Shown one piece after another: positions 1-14,835 of a DNA stretch of 64,000 nucleotides; within the stretch, counting starts at the first letter, position 1; every line of letters starts with the position of its first letter. The stretch covers positions 10,664,001-10,728,000 of the forward strand of contig OZ024741.1 of assembly GCA_964016885.1 (NCBI GenBank), read 5' to 3'. The stretch comes from Eledone cirrhosa. Lineage: Eukaryota. Under the pieces are notes generated by a model that worked only from the letters and a program-made list of their open reading frames with translations, had not been told where the DNA came from and made no database searches. A program made the translations under genes and the position numbers.

Positions 1-78
1 ATTATATATATATATATAATTAATATATATATATTATATATATAGATATATAGATATATATATTATATATATATATTA

Positions 79-123
<45 letters not shown>

Positions 124-127
124 ATAT

Positions 128-214
<87 letters not shown>

Positions 215-242
215 ATATTATATTATATATTATATATATATA

Positions 243-334
<92 letters not shown>

Positions 335-340
335 GTATAT

Positions 341-372
<32 letters not shown>

Positions 373-431
373 ATATCATATATATTATATATATATATAT
401 TATATTATATATATTATATATATATATATAT

Positions 432-486
<55 letters not shown>

Positions 487-572
487 ATATATATAATATA
501 TATATATAATATATATTTATTATATATATATATATATAAGTATATATATATTATATATATATATTATATATA

Positions 573-603
<31 letters not shown>
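1..603. repeat. (TA)n microsatellite with TATT interruptions
   Basis: Directly visible. Confidence 0.97.
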
Positions 604-604
<1 letters not shown>

Positions 605-2418
605 GAGGGATTCCTTTTAATTCATTATCTGAGACATGTGACCTCTGCGCAGAGGAGATATTCTTTATACTAAAATCTAAAAATTCCCTTAACCTACGGA
701 CAAATTTATTCAGTTGTTGCAAACATAGATTAAACTCAAAGTTTAAATATAAATTTAAATTTAAAATGTAGTATATTTAGTTTGATTTATATTTATATGT
801 GAACTAGCCGATAAATTTTTTGATTCCTAAATCTTTGATTCCCTCATTTTACTCCTTTTTTTATTGTTTATTTTTATTTTATTTTATTTTTATTTTTATC
901 TAAACATTCCTCATGAAAAATTAAGCTACCCTAAAAGCCGATGCTCCACATTTTTTGAATTAACCTTACACTAGATAAACTTCTATATTAAATATAGGAA
1001 CATATGTAGACCTAATTGGACATCATAATCTTTTTGAAATGTTCTTTGCTAGATGTGATTTGATAGATAATTTTTGGCTTTGTCTTGTAATGAACTTGGC
1101 AATATATTGTCAATTAACTTTGAAGGGTTGTTCTTTGTGGTTTATTTTTATTTTTATTTTTATTTTTATTTTTATTTTTTAGTATTGTAGTATTCTATAA
1201 TATTTTTTTATTGTTTATTTTATTTTTAATATCTTTAATATGTAAATTTTTAATACGTAATATTTTTTAATACGTAGTATTTTTAATATGTAATATTTTT
1301 ATTATGTAATATTCTTTCGTAATATTTTTTTTAGTTTTCTATTCTATATTTTTACTTATTATTATTATTGTTATCTTTTTATTTTTAGTTTTGTTTATAA
1401 TATAATATATATTTTTATTAGTATATTGAAATCTGCTCTCTATTTCTGCTTGATAGATAATCTTGTAGAGTAATGACAGGAATAATAATACGCTCAAATT
1501 TTTATACCACATTGAGAATGCTTTCCGGTAATTTAGAGTTTGCAGAGTGAATCAGTTGGATTCACATGGATGTTTGTAGCTGTCACATAAACATATGAAT
1601 TTTTTAAAACTAAACATAAGATAATTAATTTTCACACATTATGGATACTTGTTTCATTCAGGAATACTGATATTTACAATATAGTGTAAGTTTTATAAAT
1701 ACTAATACATTAAAACATAGGGTTTTCTACGCCTCGAATATGTCTGGCTATTTTTAAATTTTTTCTCTCGCTATTTTTTCCTCTCTCTATATTTTTTTCT
1801 CTCTATATATATATCTCCCTTACATTAATACTTGAGCTAAATAAATAAATAAATAAATAAATGTATCATTGATACACTTACTCAAAATGACCTCCCACTA
1901 CCTAATTTTCTATATATATATGTATCTATCTCTATTTCCTCTCTCTATATATATATATATATCTTTCTGTTTCTTTACATGAAGCTCTTCGCTTTATCTA
2001 TTTTTCCATCTCTCTATTTTGTTCCATGCATTTCTTCTTTTTCTTTTTCTTCTTTTTCTTCCTTTTCTTCGTTTTGTCTTTCTTTCTTTTTTTCTCTCTT
2101 TCTTTCTCTCTGTATAAAATTTTCACTGCTAGCGTAAACCTCTTCAAATGAAGTCTGTGTTTATTACGGTATGTCGAATCTATTTATCTATAAAACTGTT
2201 TATATTGTATTTTGTCTGATGAAGGCATAGCATATTGTTAATATGATATCCCCGAAATATATATAATGAAATAAATATGGTTTTATAAATATAGTTTTCC
2301 ATTTATTTAATATTGTAAATATACTCCAAATATTTGTCGAGTGCTTTTAGATCAGTTATAAATATTTACTAGTTGTAACCCAACAATTTTAAATATAACT
2401 TTTAAATATAACTTTACA
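604..2418 (+). mobile_element. 5'-truncated Penelope-like element (Hydra-like family A): endonuclease C-terminus plus long 3' UTR with hammerhead
   Basis: 607-771 translates GIPFNSLSETCDLCAEEIFFILKSKNSLNLRTNLFSCCKHR...*, matching the C-termini of the PLE ORFs ending at 15248 (CRLCSQE...LLNKRQE) and 47264 (CNLCLNEK...INRRTDLFSICLH). HHR at 2208-2273; flanked by (TA)n. Confidence 0.75.
2208..2273 (+). ncRNA. Minimal type I hammerhead ribozyme
   Basis: TATTTTGT-CTGATGA-[stem II containing CATATT/AATATG]-GAAA-TATATA-TA^-ATGAAATA. Palindromic stem III as in dimerising PLE HHRs. Confidence 0.75.
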
Positions 2419-2914
<496 letters not shown>

Positions 2915-3197
2915 ATACTGCTAGCGTAAACCTCTTCAAATGAAGTCGGTGTTTATTACGGCATGTCGAATCTATTTATCTATAAAACTGTTTATATTGT
3001 ATTTTGTCTGATGAAGGCATAGCATATTGTTAATATGATATCCCCGAAATATATATAATGAAATAAATATGGTTTTATAAATATAGTTTTCCATTTATTT
3101 AATATTGTAAATATACTCCAAATATTTGTCGAGTGCTTTTATATCAGTTATAAATATTTACTAGTTGTAACCCAACAATTTTAAATATAACTTTACA
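2915..3197 (+). mobile_element. Second copy of the family A 3'-terminal segment, including the HHR (3000-3065)
   Basis: Near-identical to 2126-2418, offset 792 bp. Confidence 0.9.
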
Positions 3198-3352
3198 TAT
3201 ATATATATATATATTATATATATATATATATTATATATATATATATTATATATAATATATAATATATATATATATATTATATATATATATATTATATATA
3301 TATATTATATATATATATATTATATATATATATATTATATATATATATTATA

Positions 3353-3415
<63 letters not shown>

Positions 3416-3607
3416 ATATTATATATATATATAATTATATATTATATATATATATATATTATATATTATAAATATATATATATTATATATATATATTATA
3501 ATATATATATATATTATATATTATATATATATATATTATATATATATATTATATATATATATTATATATATATATATATTATATATATTATATATTATAT
3601 ATATATA

Positions 3608-3650
<43 letters not shown>

Positions 3651-3800
3651 TATATATTATATATTATATATATATATATTATATATTATATATATATATT
3701 ATATATTATATACATATATATTATATACATATATATATTATATATATATATTATATATTATATATATTATATATATATATATTATATTATATATATATAT

Positions 3801-3834
<34 letters not shown>

Positions 3835-3914
3835 ATATTATATATATTAGATATATATATATATATTATATATATATATATAATATTATATATATATATT
3901 ATATTATATATATA

Positions 3915-3957
<43 letters not shown>

Positions 3958-5001
3958 ATATATATTATATATATATATATTATATATATATATATATTAT
4001 ATATATATTATATATATATATATTATATATATATATTATATATATATATTATATATATATATATTATATATATATATTATATATATATTATATATATATA
4101 TATATTATATATACATATATATTATATATATATTATATATATATATATATTATATATATATATATATTATATATATATATTATATATATATATATATTAT
4201 ATATTATATATATATATATATTATATAAATATTATATATATATATATATTATATATATATATTATATATATATATTATATATATATATATATTATATATA
4301 TATATATATTATATATCATATATATATATATATATTATGTATTATATATATATATATATTATATATATACATTATATATATATAATATATATATTATATA
4401 TTATATATATATATTATATATATATATTATATATATATATATATATTATATATTATATATTATATATATATATATATTATATATTATATACATATATATA
4501 TTATATACATATATATATTATATATATATATATATATTATATATTATATATATTATATACATATATATATTATATATATATATTATATATTATATATATA
4601 TATATATATTATATATTATATATATATATATTATATTATATATATATATATATATTATATATTATATATATATATTATATATTATATATATATATATATT
4701 ATATATTATATATATATATATATATTATATTATATATATATATATATTATATATTATATATATATATATTATATATCATATATATATATATTATATATTA
4801 TATATATATATATTATATATTATATATATATATATATTATATATTATATATATATATATATTATATATCATATATATATATATAATATATTATATATATA
4901 TATATATTATATATTATATATATATTATATATATATATATATATTATATACATATATATATTATATATATATATATTATATACATATATATATTATATAT
5001 A

Positions 5002-5052
<51 letters not shown>

Positions 5053-5355
5053 TATATACATATATATATTATATACATATATATATTATATATATATATA
5101 TTATATACATATATATATTATATATATATATATTATATATATATATATATATTATATATATATATATATTATATATTATATATATATATATATATTATAT
5201 ATATTATATACATATATATATTATATACATATATATATTATATATATATATATATATTATATATATATATATTATATATATTTATATATATTATATATAT
5301 ATATATATTTATATATATTATATATATTTATATATATATTATATATATATATATG

Positions 5356-5387
<32 letters not shown>

Positions 5388-5390
5388 TAT
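3198..5390. repeat. ~2.2-kb interrupted (TA)n microsatellite
   Basis: Directly visible. Confidence 0.97.
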
Positions 5391-6125
5391 TATAAAGAAT
5401 TAGTATATCTAGTAACATATATATACACAGATGCATTCTTATGCTAGCAAATATATAGGTTTTGTCTTAGTAACTTTGTGGTTCAATGCATGGGGTTGCA
5501 GAACAATAATATGAGAGACGTAAAATAAGAAAATTATAAAATTAACTTACTTACTAAAATTTTACTCCCAACTAATTAGTTTCTGAAAGGGAATAAACAT
5601 TCTTTCCGAAGAAGTGTACAGAGAAGCCTTTCGTCATCAGGGAAGTCTATTCTCAGCTAAGTTTCCTGGCTATACGTGGACACTGGGAACTTATACAAAA
5701 TAATTCAGTGGATAGAAAAAAGCAAATCGTGGACTAAATTCCTAGCCATTGAGAAAATCACTGCCTACTGCGTCGGTGGCAAATTCAAAAGAATCAATCA
5801 CGTGACATCGTGGTCAATCAGTGGAAAGTAGTTTGTTAAGAAGACAGCAGCCTGACTGTTACTATAGTAGCAGTTTTGGCCAATTTTTGCTCGACAAATA
5901 ATTTGGAGATAATTATAAAGAATTAGTATATCTAGTAACATATATATACACACAGATGCATACTTATGCTAGCAAATATATAGGTTTTGTCTTAGTAACT
6001 TTGTGGTTCAATACATGGGACTGCAGAACAATAATATGAGTGACGTAAAATATGAAAATTATAAAATTAACTTACTTACTAAAATTTCACTCCCAACTAA
6101 TTAGTTTCTGAAAGGGAATAAACAT
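5391..6125 (-). mobile_element. Non-coding partial-tandem element (523-bp unit, ~1.4 copies) with hammerhead; retrozyme-like
   Basis: 5391-5600 is repeated at 5914-6125; no ORF; minus-strand HHR. Confidence 0.65.
5564..5646 (-). ncRNA. Type I hammerhead ribozyme with enlarged loop II
   Basis: Minus strand: ACTTCC-CTGATGA-cGAAAGG...CCTTTCa-GAAA-CTAATTAG-TT^-GGGAGT. Confidence 0.7.
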
Positions 6126-6688
6126 ACGAAAAAAATACCACGGAGGCGGAGGGGGTATTCATATCGAAGCCGTAAGGTTGGCACCATTAACTCAAGGATG
6201 GATGTGGATATATTCATGTGTATGTGTGTGTCCGCATGTATCTGTGTGTTTCTTAATATATTGTTTATAACTCCCTCTGGTCGAGTAATCTTTGAAATGT
6301 AGTGACTGCTAGAAAGCTGCCATTACTCATACTTCTCGCCTCCTTTACCACCTCTTCTACGGCTTCGATATGAATACCCCCTCTGCCTCCGTGGTATTTT
6401 TTTCGGGGTTATAAGGGGCTTAGCTCTGTTTCTTGACCGTTGTATCACGTAACTGACTACCCCTCCGCCTTTTGTGATTCTATCTCACATCATATAGACG
6501 TGTTCTTGAGGCTAGTAAAACGAGGTATCCCCTTGATAAGTCGGCAGACCTCGCAAAAGCTCTATATCTCTATGATGTATTGTTTTTTTTATTATGCCAC
6601 GAAACTACGTAGTCGAGGAATGTAGAAGCAGTTTAGGTATGATACATCTTATTACTAATTATATCTAAATGTTTCTTCTCTCTTCATA
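6126..6688 (+). mobile_element. Small non-coding PLE-type insertion with inverted 5' segment and candidate U3-A8 hammerhead (6526-6621)
   Basis: 6127-6174 is the reverse complement of 6358-6405. Motif TTGATAA-GTcGGCA...TGCCAC-GAAA-CTACG-TA; stem I weak. Confidence 0.5.
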
Positions 6689-7751
<1,063 letters not shown>

Positions 7752-7754
7752 TAT

Positions 7755-8699
7755 ATGGATAAAATACGGTGTGTTTTATCTTCGGATGCTGTCCAGCAGC
7801 AGCAACATCAACAACAGCAGCAACAACGGCAACAACAACAGCTACAACAACAACAGCAACAACAACAACAACAACAACAACAGCAGCAACAACAACGACG
7901 ACAACAACAACAACAGTGTGAACCACTCCTTGATTCATCAACAATGGCCGATCTACTAAATGAAACTATTGACCTCCCAGTAGCCTCTGTCTCACAGCAG
8001 GAAACGCCACTTCCTTTCTCTGCCCCAGCAGTCCAATCATCACCACTGCCAACATCTTCTCTGCCTACTACTACTACTACTACAACATCTTTGCCTACTG
8101 CTATCTCAAGGAATTTACCTTCTAATACCAGTACAAGAACTCTCCCTCCCACAGCCCACAAAGGTCGTCAAATACTACTCAAACCATCATCTACACCTCT
8201 CACAACACACACACACACATACACACCCACTCGAAACCCCATCATTTGCCGCTACTCTCTACGCTATAGAATATGTACTGATAGTGGCTGCAAATTCACC
8301 CATTTACCTAGGACAAAACGGTCTATCCCCACAAACAGCCACCACCATAATACATACTCTAATTTAACACCAACACAACCACCAATAACTCAAACAAGGA
8401 ATCCACAAATCTGCCGCTTTTCCCTGATTGTGTTAGACCGGGATTGTCCCTTTACCCATCTCCCGGGGACCCGTCGGACAAATGAAAATAAAATTAAAAA
8501 TAAAAGCAAAAACAAAAACCATAACCTACATAAAAATAACCACTACCACAGTCACCAACAGTCTCCTAAACAGGAAACCTCTTCCTCTTTTTTAGCCATA
8601 ATGAATCTGGCCAAAGAACTGGAAAAAAACATTCGAGCTATCACCCAGCACCACCCTCCACTATCACCCCACTGCACAAACTCCCATTGCTGCCATTAA
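7755..8699 (+). CDS. LINE A ORF1: poly-Q, S/T/P-rich linker, two CCCH-type zinc fingers
   Basis: [19 protein letters not shown] and degenerate [16 protein letters not shown]; CAA/CAG run at 7793-7915. True start uncertain. Confidence 0.6.
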   Translation: MDKIRCVLSSDAVQQQQHQQQQQQRQQQQLQQQQQQQQQQQQQQQQQRRQQQQQCEPLLDSSTMADLLNETIDLPVASVSQQETPLPFSAPAVQSSPLPTSSLPTTTTTTTSLPTAISRNLPSNTSTRTLPPTAHKGRQILLKPSSTPLTTHTHTYTPTRNPIICRYSLRYRICTDSGCKFTHLPRTKRSIPTNSHHHNTYSNLTPTQPPITQTRNPQICRFSLIVLDRDCPFTHLPGTRRTNENKIKNKSKNKNHNLHKNNHYHSHQQSPKQETSSSFLAIMNLAKELEKNIRAITQHHPPLSPHCTNSHCCH

Positions 8700-11699
8700 C
8701 AAACAAACAAATTAACAACACACCAAAACAATTAAAACCATCCACTCTCGCCTCAACATTTTTGCTTAACGCCCAAGGCATCAGCCCTTCCACCAATACT
8801 CAAAAATGGAAGATCAAATTCCTGGAGGACTGGGTTGATGTCCATCCAAACCACATCCTTTTCTTCGTCCTCACTGAAACCCATCTCAGTAACCTCCACT
8901 TGGAAGCTGAGGTGAAAGTGAAAAATTTCAAAGCCATCCGTGCTGATCGCGCTGGCAGAAGAAAGGGTGGGACTGCCATTTATGTCCATCATTCTTTCTC
9001 AACAGAGGCTATGAACATATTCACTAATGGATACTGCGAAGCAGTCACTGTATTCAGTCAAACCAACAACCTAATAGTAGTTGGGCTCTATAGGCCACCC
9101 CAAACGCCTGTACCATGCTTCAAGGAATGCCTCAACAGCATAAAGTGTTTCATCCAAGAGTGTCATCCTGACAACATCTTAATGATGGGGGACTTCAACC
9201 TCCCCGGAGTTGACTGGTCCACAAACAGCCTGCCACCAGGTTCTTCTGCCTCAACCTCTGACAGGGAAGCAGTGGAATCGCTTCTTGACTTCATGGATGA
9301 TTTCTTCCTGTCCCAACTGGTGCTCGAACCAACGAGGTGCCACAAAAACGTCCTAGACTTAATTTTCAGCAATCACACTGACAATATCCACAATATTGCA
9401 GTGGAGAAAACTCTACTCTCTGATCATGACATGGTTCTCTGTGATCTGATATTCCACCGACCAATATACAATCCCAATGTCATCTCTCCTGTCCATCCGT
9501 TTGACGCTATGGATTTCCACAATGCAAACTGGGAAGCGATCAGTCATGATCTTGCACATGTCGACTGGTCCTTCACGTACACTCATACACCCACTAACAT
9601 CAAAAAGTCCTGGCAGACAGTTGTGAACACTGTTACAAACATATGTGCAAAACACACCCCATTAAGAACTATAAACAAATCTAAGAGCAGAATCCCTAGA
9701 AATAGAAAAACGCTCATCAGGAAAATTAAGAGAACGAACAAAAAAATCAACAAGCTGAAATACTGTCAGCAGCAACACATCAACTTGACTGCCATTTCAT
9801 CACTAGAGATTAAAAAACATAACCTCCAAAACAACATGATGTCTATCATCAACAATCAGAGAAGAGCTGAAGAGGCCTGGGCCATTGAGAAGATCAAACT
9901 CAATCCCAAAGTGTTCTTTTCATTTGCAAAAAAACACAAAATCACTGGCTCTACTGCTGGCCCTCTAATTGATGAAAATGGCACTCTTCAAGACAATGCT
10001 AAAACCATGGGTGAGATACTGCAGAAACAATACTGCTCTGTTTTCAGCAATCCTTATATAGCCGATCTGGGCTGTATCGGCGATGTTACTCCCCATTACA
10101 CCTTATCGGACATAACGTTTGGCGCCCCTGATGTCTTAGCGGCAATAAAGGAAATCAAGCATAATTCAGCAGTAGGTCCCGATAGGTTCCCTGCTTGTGT
10201 CTTGAAGGCGTGTCAACACCAACTTGCATCTCCTCTTGCCAATCTGTCGCGGAACTCACTGGATGCTGGATATGTGCCAGAAAACCTTCTATCCCAGTCT
10301 GTTGTCCCAGTTTTCAAAAAAGGAAACAAATCCCTTGCCGTGAATTACCGTCCAATCTCACTCACCTCTCATATCATTAAGGTATTTGAGAGAGTGGTGA
10401 GATCGCGAATGACTCACTTCCTTGAGAGTAACAATATGCTGAACTCCAACCAGCATGGATTCCGTAATGGAAGGGATTGCCTGACGCAGCTACTGCATCA
10501 CTTTGATGACATTTTGAGAGCCTTGGGAGAGGGTTCCAACACTGATGTTATCTACCTTGATTTCAGCAAGGCCTTTGACAGGGTTGATCACAACATTCTA
10601 CTGAGAAAACTGTCCAATATTGGTGTCAGTGGAAAGCTGCTGCAGTGGATCAAGAGCTTCCTGTCAAACAGAACCCAACATGTTGTAGTTGAAGGAGTCA
10701 AATCCAGCCCAGCCAAAGTCAGTAGTGGGGTCCCACAAGGCACTGTGTTGGGCCCACTTCTGTTCATCATCTATATTAATGACATCACTGACATCATCAA
10801 ACACAGCAACATTAACATTTTCGCTGATGATTCCAAGCTCCAAAAGGTCATCAATGGCGTGGATGACCGGATAAGCCTTCAGTCAGACCTACTGGCTGTT
10901 ACCCAATGGGCGGAAAAGAACAAGATGTTACTGAATGAAGACATATTCGAACTGATCCACTTTGAAAAAGAGGATGCTCTGAAACTCCCGTACTCCCTTC
11001 CCTCCGGGGAAACTCTCGTGGCATCTAACAACATCAGAGACTTGGGAGTAACCGTGGACAGCAACATAAGCTGGGCCACGCATATAAGCAGCAAAGTTGA
11101 CATGACCCGCAGAATGTGTTCCTGGATCCTCAGAACCTTCCAGTCGAGAGGTTCCCACACCATTATCCTTCTCTTCTCTACTTTTGCCCGACCACACCTT
11201 GAATACTGTTGTCCACTGTGGTCTCCCCCACACGAAACAAAGTATCATGAAACTTGAAGCGCCTCAAAGGGCAATCACGAAAAAGATAGATGGCATGTCA
11301 GACCTTGACTACTGGGGTCGACTAGAAAAGCTGAAACTTTACTCACTCCAATGTCGTTATATTATCTGCATGATGTAGAAAATGTTTCATCATCACTGCC
11401 CAAATGATGTTGGCATCACCTTCAAAATACACCCAAGGCTTGGGCCCCGTGCTATCCGTCTCAAACAAAAATCTAAATCGCAACTCATATTAACAATACG
11501 GCACAATTATTTCACCTCAATTGACCATGCTCTCTTCAACATCACACCAGGACACGTCAAAACAGAAACTGACCACACATAATTCAAGAAGTCTTTGGAC
11601 AAATTCCTCCAAGTAATCCGGGACAAACCACCCACACCCGGATATGTCTCCGCAAACAGTAGTTCTCTTCTCGAATGGGCCATGGTGCCCAAATCTTGA
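8570..11699 (+). pseudogene. LINE A ORF2: APE endonuclease plus reverse transcriptase, 3' end disrupted
   Basis: LTETHL, GLYRPP, MGDFN, LDLIF, SDH; NYRPISLTS, QHGFR, LDFSKAFDRVDH, SGVPQGTVLGPLLF, FADD. Frameshift near 11230; stops at 11376 and 11580. Confidence 0.92.
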
Positions 11700-11788
11700 A
11701 TTGAAAGACTTCGCCAGGTGGTGCTATTAAGTTAGACATGGCCTGGGCCAATACTGGCCAAAACATTTCAAAGTTATTCAAAGTTAAG

Positions 11789-12957
<1,169 letters not shown>

Positions 12958-12963
<6 letters not shown>

Positions 12964-13924
12964 ATACTTTGGGAGGGTCATGTTGCCAATAAGAAACACA
13001 CGCACCAGTTGTTTCACTTCAATTTATTATATATTTATAAATTTATAAATTTACAAATCTACAAATTTATAAATTTCTGGTTGGTTGGTTGGTTCCACAA
13101 CCAGATAGTTGTTTATATATAGTCATAGTCCTTTCGTCACACACTCTGTGACCTCTTCAGTGACTGGGGATTCCTTTCTTTGTTTCTGTGCCTTTCCTTT
13201 CTTCTGTCCTACGCCATTTTGTTTCTGTGTGTGTGTTGTGTGCTCAGTTTGCGCATGCGCCACATCCGGGTGTCAGTGTGTGTTTGTGTTCATTTATCTA
13301 TTTGTTTATTTATTTATTTATTTACATGTTATTGGTTGGTTGTTTGTTCTATGTGTGTGTGTGTTTTCATTTTGTCCTTAATTGTAAGTTGTGATGTTGC
13401 TGTTCCACTCATATTTTCTATTTAATTTTGGTTGTAATTCTTTTATGTTTATTGCCTCTGTAATTTGTCTAAACATTGCATCTTTTCTGTGTGAAGATTC
13501 TATTTTTATTTCTATGTTCTCTAATTTACCCTTGTGTTCTATCTTAGCATGTTGGTAGAGTACAGATGATTCTTTATTATCTTGAAGGTCTCGCCAGTGT
13601 TCATTTATCCGTTCTCCTATACTACGAGCTGTCTCACCTATGTACACTATATTTTTGTTTCTACATTGTCCTTCAGTACATCTTATGATATACACTACAT
13701 TTCTAGTTTTACAGTTAATATGGGGGCTTATTTTACAGGTTATACATTTCTTATCTATACATGATGGTCTTTGAAACGGGTATGTCTTGCTAATAAGTGT
13801 TTTTACGGAGGTACCTGATCTTTCTACTATCTTAATATTGAGTTTATGTTTATTTAGGGCCCTTCTAAATTTGTAGGCTAGTTCGCCTTTAGGGGTTGTA
13901 TCGATGAACATTACACTCTGGTAT
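12958..13924 (-). mobile_element. 5'-truncated Nematis-like PLE (family N1): GIY-YIG domain plus 3' terminal region
   Basis: ORF 13378-13911 with CxxxxCxxC, NVVYIIRC and YIGETARSIGER; near-identical to 20440-21397. Confidence 0.9.
13121..13165 (-). ncRNA. Minimal type I hammerhead ribozyme (N1)
   Basis: AGTCA-CTGAAGA-g-GTCACA/TGTGAC-GAAA-GGAC-TA^-TGACT. Confidence 0.8.
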
Positions 13925-14574
13925 AATGTGTGAGAAATAATAATATTTGTTTATTGATAAGAACAAAGATTCAATACAATAGGTCTGTTTGGGAACAGAT
14001 TTTGAATTGACCAATCAGGAGATAGTGAGGGTCAAGATAGTAATATAGTAGTAAGAGAACCTTAAATTATGGGTAGAGGAAGGTAGATTTCAGTTTTGGA
14101 TGGAAAAGAGTATTATGAATGAAGGATTATTTTAGGGAAGAAATAGGGCATATGCTGACCTCAGAAATAATTTTATTTGTTCATTGAATAAAACCAACAA
14201 AGATCTAATATATTCTGTCTGTTTGGTAAGAGGTTTAGAATTAACCAATAGAAAGTTAATAATTGGCCAAATGGTAAAATAGTAGTAATTGAAGCTTATT
14301 TTAGGGGTGAAACTAGGTCAAGTGGTCAGTAAAAGGTATACAAGCAGTTGCTGTTATAAAATAGTAATGCCAATACAAATATCTAAGGTGACCAAAGTTT
14401 TAAGATAAGAATGTTAGTGAAAAAATACATCTATGAAAAGAATATAAAATTAATTTAATTGATGGGTATATTTATATTGATAAAATTATATTAATACATA
14501 TAGATATGATAAATAAGAGTTAGATGCAGTTGAAAAGTGCTGTTAAAGATGAGGGGAGATTAAAAGAATATAAA

Positions 14575-14621
<47 letters not shown>

Positions 14622-14652
14622 CACATATATATACATACATACATATACACAT

Positions 14653-14695
<43 letters not shown>

Positions 14696-14792
14696 CACAC
14701 ATATATACACCTATATACATATATATATACATACATGTACATATATACACACACATACACACATATATATATACATATACATACACACATAT

Positions 14793-14835
<43 letters not shown>

